The position numbers and the translations under genes were made by a program. A stretch of DNA of 51,577 nt, taken from positions 1 through 51,577 of the forward strand of contig JBGGMM010000149.1 of NCBI GenBank assembly GCA_041288045.1, written 5' to 3'. Source of the stretch: Pseudobdellovibrionaceae bacterium. Lineage in GTDB: Bacteria > Bdellovibrionota > Bdellovibrionia > Bdellovibrionales > Bdellovibrionaceae. Under the pieces are notes generated by a model. That model was not told where the DNA came from. It did no database searches and saw only the letters and a list, made by a program, of their open reading frames with translations. Shown here one piece after another: positions 29,801-38,258 of the stretch (the first letter of the stretch is position 1; every line of letters begins with the position of its first letter).

Positions 29801-30844
29801 TTAGGATTTCTGGAACTGCTCTTTGATTTTTTTCATCAAGCGGACTTCCATTTGGCGGACGGCTTCGCGAGTGATCCCGTACTTTTCACCAATGTCCTGC
29901 AAGGTCATGGGCTCATCAGCGAGAATGCGCTCTTCGAGAATGATTTTTTCTCTTTCAGAAAGCTGGGGTTTTAAAGCATCGATGGCTTCAGTCAAGTGTG
30001 ACAGCTCTTCTTGTTTTGAAATCTCATCATCGGGAGCCTCCGTTTGACCTTTTTGAAAATCCAAAAGGCTGCTGCCCGATTCGTCATCCACTGGACGATC
30101 CAAGCTGACGTCTCGGCCTGACATTCTCTGCGCCATCATTTCGACTTCGTCCTCTGGAATGCCGAGGCGAGAGCTCAGCATTTTGATGTCGGGACTGAGG
30201 CCCAAAGCATCGAGCTCTTCTCTTTGTTTCTGCAATTGATAAAAAAGTTTTTTCTGATTTTGGGTGGTGCCGATTTTCACCAAAGAGTACTGTTTCATCA
30301 GGTACTCTTGAATGTAGCCGCGAATCCACCAAACGGCGTATGTGATCAAACGCACGCCTTTGTAGGGATTGAATTCGCGAACGGCATGCATCAGACCCAT
30401 GTTGCCCTCTTGAATGAGATCAATCATTCGAGCCCCAAAGCGAGAGTACTCGGCTGCCACTTTGACGACGAATCGCAAATTGGCGGTCACCAGAGCTTGA
30501 GCTGCCACAGGATCTTTGGATTCATGGTATTTTTTGGCCAGTTCCAATTCTTGCTCTCGTGAAAGAAGCGGGTACTTGCGAATTTCAGAAAGATAAAGTG
30601 CCACTGGATCTGTTGGCGCCAGAGCTTTGGAATCAATCGTGGCCGGTTCAAAACTGGATTCTTCTGAATCTTCTTCTTGAACTTTGGAAGGTGCTTCTGG
30701 AAGCTCATGGTCCTCGACCAATTCAGCAACCACACGTCGAGACTCCTTGGCTGGCTTTGGAGACGGCTTGGCAGCAGACTTCTTGCGGAGTGAAGCCTGC
30801 GAAACGGACTTTTGGGGTTTCGCTTTCTTTGCTGTTTTTGCCAT
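29801..30844 (-). CDS. rpoH: RNA polymerase sigma factor, sigma32/RpoH family
   Basis: DLIQEGNMGLM, TYAVWWIR, RpoH box QKKLFYQL, region 4 TLQDIG...TREAVRQME. Confidence 0.88.
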   Translation of the reverse strand: MAKTAKKAKPQKSVSQASLRKKSAAKPSPKPAKESRRVVAELVEDHELPEAPSKVQEEDSEESSFEPATIDSKALAPTDPVALYLSEIRKYPLLSREQELELAKKYHESKDPVAAQALVTANLRFVVKVAAEYSRFGARMIDLIQEGNMGLMHAVREFNPYKGVRLITYAVWWIRGYIQEYLMKQYSLVKIGTTQNQKKLFYQLQKQREELDALGLSPDIKMLSSRLGIPEDEVEMMAQRMSGRDVSLDRPVDDESGSSLLDFQKGQTEAPDDEISKQEELSHLTEAIDALKPQLSEREKIILEERILADEPMTLQDIGEKYGITREAVRQMEVRLMKKIKEQFQKS

Positions 30845-30876
30845 GTTTGTCAAAAGTGGGTTCGACCCTTAAAAAA

Positions 30877-31182
30877 TCAAGCCAAGTACTGATTTAATTT
30901 TTTCTGGATGGTTTCTTGAACTTTCCCTTTAAAAGGAGTCAGCATCAGCGGCAGATCAATGATCACTTGGACCAGACTGCCAGGCCCTTGATTTTTCACG
31001 GCAATATCTGCCTTGAATTGGCTTCCTGCTGCTCTCCCTGTCATTGAGCTCTCAGAAAACTGGCAGCTCATTTTTGGATCAAAGCGTCGAATGTCCTGAT
31101 CGGTTTCAAAGAAGGTCTTGATTTTTGCAAAGGCATCATTGGCAGAGAGATTGGATGCATGATCAATTGTCACTTTCGGCAT
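30877..31182 (-). CDS. Polyhydroxyalkanoic acid system (PHA_gran_rgn) family protein
   Basis: About 100 aa; I.H...L N-terminus and LP.ML.PFKGKV..I...L C-terminus; GGAGG RBS. Confidence 0.7.
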   Translation of the reverse strand: MPKVTIDHASNLSANDAFAKIKTFFETDQDIRRFDPKMSCQFSESSMTGRAAGSQFKADIAVKNQGPGSLVQVIIDLPLMLTPFKGKVQETIQKKLNQYLA

Positions 31183-31312
31183 AAGTCCTCCCTATAGACC
31201 TTATAACGTTATCGCTTCCGCTCTGATGAAGTCCATGAAAAGAAAAGGGAAAGAAGGTTTTTGACCCTCTCTGGTTCAGTATGTCAGAATCGGGCCTTTT
31301 AGAGGGCAGGCT

Positions 31313-33136
31313 ATGAAATTCTCAAGAACACATTATTGCGGTCATGTGAATAAATCTCACGTCGGAAAAGAAGTGACTTTAACCGGTTGGGTGGATGTCC
31401 GTCGCGACCATGGAAGCCTGGTGTTCATCGACATGCGCGATCGCGAAGGCATCATTCAAGTTGTTCTCGATCCGAAAAAAGCAGAAACGGCTTCGGCTAA
31501 AGATTTGCGTGGCGAGTATGTGCTGGCAGTGAAGGGAATTGTGCGAGCTCGACCTGAAGGAATGCTCAATAAAAAAATCAAAACTGGTGAAATTGAAATT
31601 GAAGCTGTTCATTGCCAGATTTTGAATGAAGCGCAAACACCACCATTTCAGATCGATGATCCGAATGTGGGTGAGATGCTGCGACTGAAGTATCGCTATT
31701 TGGATCTGCGTTCGCCGCGCTTGCAGAATCATTTGATCATTCGTCACAGAGTGGCTCAGCTCGTCCGCAAGTTTTTATCTGACAATCATTTTTTGGAAGT
31801 GGAAACTCCGATTCTTTTCAAATCCACTCCTGAAGGTGCTCGCGATTATTTGGTTCCTTCGCGTGTGAATCCCGGAAATTTCTATGCTCTGCCGCAGTCA
31901 CCGCAGTTGCTCAAGCAGCTTTTGATGATTGCTGGCTATGACCGCTATTTTCAAATCGCTCGCTGCTTTCGCGATGAGGATTTGCGCGCTGATCGTCAAC
32001 CGGAGTTTTCTCAGATCGATTTGGAAATGTCTTTTATCGATCAAGAGGACATCATTCAGCTGAATGAGCAGATGCTTCGAACCATTTGGAAAGAAATCAA
32101 AGGCGTGGACGTTCCTGAAATTCCGCGCATGACTTATCAAGAAGCCATGGATCGCTATGGCATTGATAAACCTGACACTCGCTTCGCGATGGAAATTCAG
32201 GATTTACAATCCGTTGTTGGTCAATCTGGTTTCAAGGTTTTTGATGATGTGCTGGCTCGTAAAGGAATCGTCCGCGGAATTGCTGTTCCCAAAGGTGGAG
32301 CTTTCAGTCGCGGGCAATTCGATAAGCTTACGGATATTGCCAAAAAGGCAGGCGCAAAAGGTCTTGTCTGGATCAAATCAGAAGCTGACGGAAGCCTGAC
32401 TTCACCAATCTCTAAATTTTTTGATAATCAGAAGCTGAATGAGATTTTCAAAAAGACAGGTGCTTCAACTGGCGATGCGGCTCTTATTGTTGCTGATGAC
32501 TTTGATACAGCTTGTGCTTCTCTTTCGACTCTTCGAATACACTTGGGGAAAGAACTCAACCTCATCGACACCAGCAAAGACCGATTTCTATGGGTTGTCG
32601 ATTTCCCTCTGCTGGAATGGTCCCCAGATGACAAGCGCTGGATGGCAAGACACCATCCTTTCACCTCACCACAAAACGATCACATGGAGTGGCTGATCAA
32701 AGGCGATGAAAGCAAATACGGACAGCTTCTCGCCAAAGCCTACGATCTCGTGTGCAACGGATATGAAATGGGTGGTGGCAGCATCCGTATTTACCGAAAC
32801 GATTTGCAGCAAGCGATGTTTCGCACTTTGGGCATGAGCCAAGAAGAAGCCGAAACAAAATTCGGATTCTTCTTGGAAGCTTTCAAATACGGAGCTCCTC
32901 CTCACGGCGGAATCGCTTGGGGAATGGACCGTCTCGTGATGCTTCTCTGTGAAACCGATGCCATCCGAGAAGTGATCGCCTTCCCAAAAACCGCAAAAGC
33001 CACCGACATCATGGCCGACGCCCCCTCCGAAGTCAGCCGCGATCAGTTAGCAGAAGTAGGAGTCAAACTCTCACAGCTAGCAGAAAAATTTCTAGAAGAC
33101 TCAAAAGGCAATGGAGCGGCAAAAGCCCGAGAGTAA
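31313..33136 (+). CDS. aspS: Aspartate--tRNA ligase (probably non-discriminating)
   Basis: RTHYCG, RRDHG, RLKYRYLDLR, TPEGARDYLVP, ALPQSPQ, FRDEDLRADRQPEF, GAPPHGG. Confidence 0.98.
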   Translation: MKFSRTHYCGHVNKSHVGKEVTLTGWVDVRRDHGSLVFIDMRDREGIIQVVLDPKKAETASAKDLRGEYVLAVKGIVRARPEGMLNKKIKTGEIEIEAVHCQILNEAQTPPFQIDDPNVGEMLRLKYRYLDLRSPRLQNHLIIRHRVAQLVRKFLSDNHFLEVETPILFKSTPEGARDYLVPSRVNPGNFYALPQSPQLLKQLLMIAGYDRYFQIARCFRDEDLRADRQPEFSQIDLEMSFIDQEDIIQLNEQMLRTIWKEIKGVDVPEIPRMTYQEAMDRYGIDKPDTRFAMEIQDLQSVVGQSGFKVFDDVLARKGIVRGIAVPKGGAFSRGQFDKLTDIAKKAGAKGLVWIKSEADGSLTSPISKFFDNQKLNEIFKKTGASTGDAALIVADDFDTACASLSTLRIHLGKELNLIDTSKDRFLWVVDFPLLEWSPDDKRWMARHHPFTSPQNDHMEWLIKGDESKYGQLLAKAYDLVCNGYEMGGGSIRIYRNDLQQAMFRTLGMSQEEAETKFGFFLEAFKYGAPPHGGIAWGMDRLVMLLCETDAIREVIAFPKTAKATDIMADAPSEVSRDQLAEVGVKLSQLAEKFLEDSKGNGAAKARE

Positions 33137-33196
33137 AAACGAAAATTCAAAATCACCTCTGGCCAGCACAACTCAACCAATCCCTCCCCCTCCTCA

Positions 33197-33440
33197 CCCA
33201 TTTGTTTTTCTGGAAACTCGCCGCAGGCGAGCCCCGAAGGGGTGAGGCCGTGGAGGGCCGAATTTCCAGAAAATGCGGGCATGGACGGTCAAGATCAAGC
33301 GAAGACGCAAGCTTCGCACGCCATACCAACGGACAACATCGTGGATGGAGGTCTCGAGCACAGCGGTGCCGGAGGTAAATGTGGGCGTGTCCGTCCATGT
33401 GAAGGCTCCCAGACGGCCATCCGGGCCGTCTGGCAAGTGG
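33197..33440. other. GC-rich, multi-hairpin structured intergenic element (candidate ncRNA or REP/MITE-like repeat)
   Basis: 11-bp stem 33206-33216/33263-33273 closing three hairpins; 9-bp stem 33280-33288/33391-33399; 10-bp hairpin 33409-33433. Confidence 0.7.
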
Positions 33441-33489
33441 ATTAAAGGCAGGTTGTTTGGGAGTTTATTTTTTTTGCGGTTTAAAATAC

Positions 33490-34398
33490 TTACCGATCAA
33501 AATGCAGAACGGCTCGGCGTTCGATATTTCGGTCGATTGCTTTCAGGCGGTAGGTGACTGTCATGAGGTGGGGGATGACCATTTTGCAAGATGAGCTTCT
33601 GTAATCCATAACTTCGATTTCTTCGGTCACTCCTTCGACAGATGAAAGAGCGGCTGATGAGGCCATGATTTTATCTCCACAGCTGGATCTGTCGACTTTC
33701 ACAACTGGCAAGCTTGTCATGATGGGGCGAGGGAGATAGCGCGGGCAGGGTTGACCTGAACCGCAATTGAGTCCCACTTTCACATCCAATTTAACGACAG
33801 TGTCGGAGAGAAACAAACTGCCACTGATTGGTTTTTCGATGGCTGGAAAACCGGCTTCAAAAAACCCTTGTGTGAAGTGGAAGCTTTCGAGATTTTGAGA
33901 GACTTGAGTCAGATTCAGAGGAGAGATCACCATTTTTGAAACGTTGTGGACTTCGGTTGATTGCAGACGATCGTAGACTTTGGTTTCATAGGTGGCTTTG
34001 GCTTGATAGCGCAGAAGAGTCTGGCAGGTCATATCTGAAGAGTCTTCTGCCACCAGAGTTTGCAGAAGCCCATCGGCAGGACGAGCGTCTACTTGGGCAG
34101 TCACTTTGCGAATTCCGCAACTAACCTCTTCGATGGAGACGATGGGAAGGGTGATAACTTTAGGAACAGGCATCACCTGAGCGCAGACTTCGCCGGAATC
34201 ACAATGAAAAAGCTGATCGACTTTCAAAGTCACATTGTTCTCAGCGTAATTGATAAACAATCGCGCGTTGCCTGGATGAGCGACATGGGCTTCGGCAAAG
34301 CTTGCCTTTTCGACCTGGAATTCAATGTTTTCAGTTTCCACTTCAGCGCGGGCTGCAAGGGTCAAAAAGAGAGATAAAGCCAAAATAAAGGTTTTCAT
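33490..34398 (-). CDS. Exported protein with two tandem 4-Cys domains
   Basis: MKTFILALSLFLTLAARA signal peptide after GAGGAG; internal duplication C-x5-C...LP...SCG...C. Confidence 0.8.
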   Translation of the reverse strand: MKTFILALSLFLTLAARAEVETENIEFQVEKASFAEAHVAHPGNARLFINYAENNVTLKVDQLFHCDSGEVCAQVMPVPKVITLPIVSIEEVSCGIRKVTAQVDARPADGLLQTLVAEDSSDMTCQTLLRYQAKATYETKVYDRLQSTEVHNVSKMVISPLNLTQVSQNLESFHFTQGFFEAGFPAIEKPISGSLFLSDTVVKLDVKVGLNCGSGQPCPRYLPRPIMTSLPVVKVDRSSCGDKIMASSAALSSVEGVTEEIEVMDYRSSSCKMVIPHLMTVTYRLKAIDRNIERRAVLHFDR

Positions 34399-34432
34399 GG
34401 GATACTCCTCAAAGTCAGTTGCACTTGCACAT

Positions 34433-34448
34433 AACAAAATCTGTACCA
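34433..34448 (-). promoter_or_regulatory. Possible sigma54-like promoter
   Basis: Minus strand TGGTAC-N5-TTGTT, 35 bp above ATG 34398; the -12 GC is not conserved. Confidence 0.35.
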
Positions 34449-34624
34449 GCACATCTTTCACCACTGTTGAGTTAAAACTTGATTTATTTTGTTCCCGGGA
34501 AGAACTGAGAAGAAAGTTGAAGAAACAGGCAGTTCCAAAATGAGTTCAAGGATTCCATTTCAGCACCAGGAAAAAAGGGGCGCTTTGTTGGAGAAATGCC
34601 CCATTTCTGTCTTTGAATGAAATA

Positions 34625-35497
34625 TTAACGGAGGCTCTTTTTCACAATGCGATTGAGAATCCAAAGCTTCAAAAGTTGAAAAGGATTTCGGTAACCCCAC
34701 CAAACGTATTTTTTCTTCACTTGCATCAAGTAAGAGTCGTAATGAACAGACCAGGGCGCCTTGAGGATTTTTCCCCGGCCCAAAGTGATCTTCAAAACGC
34801 AGGTCGCCATCACAGCAGCACAAGCATAGACCCCGATCGGCAGGGAAGGCACTTTGCGATTGGCGAAATCAGCACGAGATCGATCTTGAATATAGCGTCC
34901 ATGCTGAAGAGTGGGCGCCACTCCGACCAGGAAAATATTGGATTGTTCGACCACGTCCTGGCTGCGATGAAAACCGAAATAATCATCAAAGCTCATCGAA
35001 TCCCTGGTGAAAATCAAGCAGGCAGCGCCGGTGCCTACAGGTGCAGCTGTCACGGCAGGCTTTCCAAGCGCTCGCATTTTGCGAAAAATCGACACACGCA
35101 GATCAACCACGAAGAAATCCAATGCATCCAAGTAGATATCAATGGAATCGCAGAACGAATCGACTTCCTCAAGCTTCAGAGGCTTTTTCATCGTCTTGAC
35201 AGTGGCAGTCGGGTTGATGTCCTTGATGAGTTCAGTGATCACTTCGGCTTTGTTGCGACCGTAGTTAGAGACTTTGCATTCGTTTTGACGGTTTGTATTC
35301 TCAATTGAGAATTCATCAAAATCACAGATTGTGTAATGGCTCACCCCAAGGCGGGCGAGAATTTCAGCATATTGCCCGCCAACGCCGCCCATGCCGATGA
35401 TGCCAACATGGATTTTCGAAAGCTTTTCTTGCTCGGCTTCAGTCACCCATCCTAGATTTCTTGAGAAAGCCAATTTTGGATCAAAGGAAGCCGTCAT
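34625..35497 (-). CDS. ThiF/MoeB (E1-like) adenylyltransferase family protein
   Basis: FSRNLGW, GMGGVG, DFD, NTNRQ, NKAEV; no CxxC zinc pairs. Confidence 0.88.
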   Translation of the reverse strand: MTASFDPKLAFSRNLGWVTEAEQEKLSKIHVGIIGMGGVGGQYAEILARLGVSHYTICDFDEFSIENTNRQNECKVSNYGRNKAEVITELIKDINPTATVKTMKKPLKLEEVDSFCDSIDIYLDALDFFVVDLRVSIFRKMRALGKPAVTAAPVGTGAACLIFTRDSMSFDDYFGFHRSQDVVEQSNIFLVGVAPTLQHGRYIQDRSRADFANRKVPSLPIGVYACAAVMATCVLKITLGRGKILKAPWSVHYDSYLMQVKKKYVWWGYRNPFQLLKLWILNRIVKKSLR

Positions 35498-35511
35498 TGC
35501 CGAACCTTTCT

Positions 35512-38199
35512 TTAACTTTGCAAGCGAATCAAAGCCTCTTGCATGGATTGAATCTGTTTTTTAGATTGCTCCAAAAGCTGCTTATCGGCTTCAACCACAT
35601 CTTCAGCCGCATTTTTGACAAAGTTCTCATTGGAAAGCCGAGTCGACAAGGTGGTGATGTCTTTGTTCAGCTTTTCAACTGCCTTTTGAATTCGCTTCAC
35701 TTCTTCTTCAATGTCCACCAGTCCCTCAAGTGGAATGATCACTTTGACTTGCGAATCCTTGATTGCCACAGGGGTCACTGCGCATTTCGACAGATTGCCT
35801 TCGGCACCGATGTCCAAATTTTCAACTCGCCCAATGGTGACAATCGCGTTGCGATTGAGTGAAAGAATTTTTTGAACAGCATCGTCGCTAGGAGAGAGGC
35901 GAACATTGATTTTCTCTGCCGGACTGATTCGGTTTTCACCGCGAATGTTGCGAATGGCAGAAATCACTTCTTTCACAAGATCAATTTCAAGAGCTGCAGA
36001 TTCAGAGCCAAAAGCCAGAAATTCGCGATCGTTGCGAGTGTTCGGATAAGTATCGAGCATACAGACACTGCCTTTGATCGGAAGTTTCTGATAAAGCTCT
36101 TCTGTGATAAATGGAATGAAAGGATGCAGCAGTCGCATGACTCGGTTTAAAGTTTGAGCCAACACCAATTGAGTGGTTGTGCGCTCATTGCTAGCGGGAC
36201 CGTTGATCACTGGTTTGATAAATTCAATGTACCAATCGCAGAACTCATACCAGACGAATTGATAAAGAGCTTGAGCCGCATCTGAATAACGATCCTGCTC
36301 CATGGTTTCTTCCACAGTTTTTTCAAGCTGGGCCAATTTGTAAATCAGCCATTGATCAAAAGTTGAAAGCTGGGCTTTTTCCGGAAGGGCCTTCATGCCT
36401 AGAGTCGGCACTTTGAAATCTTGCAAAGCCGCGAGGGAATAGCGTGTCGCATTCCAGATTTTATTCATGAAATTGCGATAGCCTTCGAGTCGTTGTTCAC
36501 TGAATTTAAAATCTTTGCCACTGTGAACATGCGCCAGGAAAGAAAACCTGAGAGCGTCGGCCCCGTGCTTTTCAATCATTTCCACTGGGTCCACAGAGTT
36601 CCCCAGTGATTTGCTCATTTTACGCCCCTGAGAATCACGCACCAGCCCGTGCAGGTAGACCTGGCGGAACGGCACGTCTCGCATGAACTCAAGACCCATC
36701 ATGATCATTCGAGCCACCCAGAAAAACAAAATGTCATGGCCTGTGGAAAGCACGTTGGTGGGATAGAAAGTTTTAAGAGCTTCCGTTTCTTTCGGCCAAC
36801 CCAAGGTTGAAAAAGGCCAAAGAGCTGAACTGAACCAAGTGTCCAGAACATCTTCGTCCTGTTTGATATTTTTGCTTTTGCAAGCTTCACATTCTGTTGG
36901 ATCGGTTTCACTGACAGTGATGTGATTGCAGTCAGCGCAGTACCAAGCGGGGATTTGATGACCCCACCAAAGCTGACGGGAAACACACCAGTCTTCGATG
37001 ATATTCATCCAGTGCAAATACACTTTGGTCCAATTTTCAGGCTCGAATCGGATGGTCCCGCTTTCCGCCACATGCCGGGCTGGAACTGCGAGCTTGTCCA
37101 TTTTCATAAACCACTGATCAGATAAAAAAGGTTCGACCACAGCATTGGTGCGGGAACAATGGCCGACATTCAAAGTGTGAGGCTCTTCTTTTTCAAGCGA
37201 GCCTTGAGCTTTCAGATCCTCAAGAACTCGTTTTCTCGCTTCTTGAACTTTGAGACCTTTGTAAGGACCTGCATTTTCATTCATCTCTGTCTTTTTGTTC
37301 AGAATGTTGATGAAGGGCAGGTTGTGGGATTTGCCGATTTTGTAATCGTTGAAATCATGAGCTGGAGTGATTTTCACAACTCCAGAGCCGAATTCTTTAT
37401 CGACGTAAGTATCAGCGATGATCGGAATTTTTCGATTCATCAAAGGCAGAATCACATTTTTGCCAATGAATTTTTTGTACCTTTCATCTTCAGGATGAAC
37501 ACAAACAGCAGCGTCCCCAAGCATTGTCTCAGGACGAGTGGTGGCAACGACCAAATGACCAGAACCGTCTTCAAGCGGATATTTGATGTGCCAGATCGAG
37601 CCTTTGACCTGCTTGTGTTCCACTTCCAGATCAGAAATGGCGGATTCTAAGGGGCCTGACCAATTCACCAATCGAGTTCCGCGGTAAATCGAATTTTTCT
37701 TGTGAAGTGTGACAAAGACCTTGCGAACAGCTTTTGAAACACCTTCATCCAAAGTGAAAGTGGCTCGGTCCCAATCGTAAGATCCACCCAGCTTTCGCAT
37801 TTGCGCGTAAATGCGGTTGCCGTATTGGTTTTTCCATTCCCAGATTTTTTCGACAAATTTTTCGCGGCCCAATTGATGGCGAGTGATTCCTTCTTTCTTG
37901 AGTTCCTTTTCAACCACGGCTTGAGTGGCGATACCGGCGTGATCAGTGCCTGGCAGCCACATGGCATTGAAGCCATTCATGCGTTTCCAGCGGATCAAGG
38001 CATCTTGCAAAGTGTGATCAAGCGCATGTCCTAAGTGCAAAAAGCCTGTCACATTGGGAGGCGGCAAAATGATGCTAAATGGAGGCTTGGTGGATTGATC
38101 CTGAGCTTTGAAAAAGCCGGAACCTTCCCACCATTTGTAAATGCGTTCTTCAACTTCTGAAGGATTGTAACGGTCCGATAAATTTGTGTTTTCGCTCAT
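35512..38199 (-). CDS. valS: Valine--tRNA ligase
   Basis: PPPNVTG.LHLGH, GTDHAGIATQ, ATTRPET, DWCVSRQLWWGH, DVLDTWFSS, KMSKS, C-terminal coiled coil. Confidence 0.98.
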   Translation of the reverse strand: MSENTNLSDRYNPSEVEERIYKWWEGSGFFKAQDQSTKPPFSIILPPPNVTGFLHLGHALDHTLQDALIRWKRMNGFNAMWLPGTDHAGIATQAVVEKELKKEGITRHQLGREKFVEKIWEWKNQYGNRIYAQMRKLGGSYDWDRATFTLDEGVSKAVRKVFVTLHKKNSIYRGTRLVNWSGPLESAISDLEVEHKQVKGSIWHIKYPLEDGSGHLVVATTRPETMLGDAAVCVHPEDERYKKFIGKNVILPLMNRKIPIIADTYVDKEFGSGVVKITPAHDFNDYKIGKSHNLPFINILNKKTEMNENAGPYKGLKVQEARKRVLEDLKAQGSLEKEEPHTLNVGHCSRTNAVVEPFLSDQWFMKMDKLAVPARHVAESGTIRFEPENWTKVYLHWMNIIEDWCVSRQLWWGHQIPAWYCADCNHITVSETDPTECEACKSKNIKQDEDVLDTWFSSALWPFSTLGWPKETEALKTFYPTNVLSTGHDILFFWVARMIMMGLEFMRDVPFRQVYLHGLVRDSQGRKMSKSLGNSVDPVEMIEKHGADALRFSFLAHVHSGKDFKFSEQRLEGYRNFMNKIWNATRYSLAALQDFKVPTLGMKALPEKAQLSTFDQWLIYKLAQLEKTVEETMEQDRYSDAAQALYQFVWYEFCDWYIEFIKPVINGPASNERTTTQLVLAQTLNRVMRLLHPFIPFITEELYQKLPIKGSVCMLDTYPNTRNDREFLAFGSESAALEIDLVKEVISAIRNIRGENRISPAEKINVRLSPSDDAVQKILSLNRNAIVTIGRVENLDIGAEGNLSKCAVTPVAIKDSQVKVIIPLEGLVDIEEEVKRIQKAVEKLNKDITTLSTRLSNENFVKNAAEDVVEADKQLLEQSKKQIQSMQEALIRLQS

Positions 38200-38258
38200 G
38201 GCGAAACACTAGCTGAAAAGCCAAATCACCTCAAGTTATCACATCGCATTAGGTGATC

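Noticed and set aside
31205..31235. Possible sigma28 promoter (AGCGATAA on the minus strand) upstream of the PHA-system gene
   Set aside because: There is no TAAA -35 element at the correct spacing.
33153..33557. Four overlapping ORFs of 67-94 aa across the structured element
   Set aside because: They are expected by-products of GC-rich palindromic DNA and have no protein-like features.
34613..35308. 231-aa plus-strand ORF (also 49521-50165 and other antisense ORFs)
   Set aside because: These are shadow ORFs antisense to well-supported genes.
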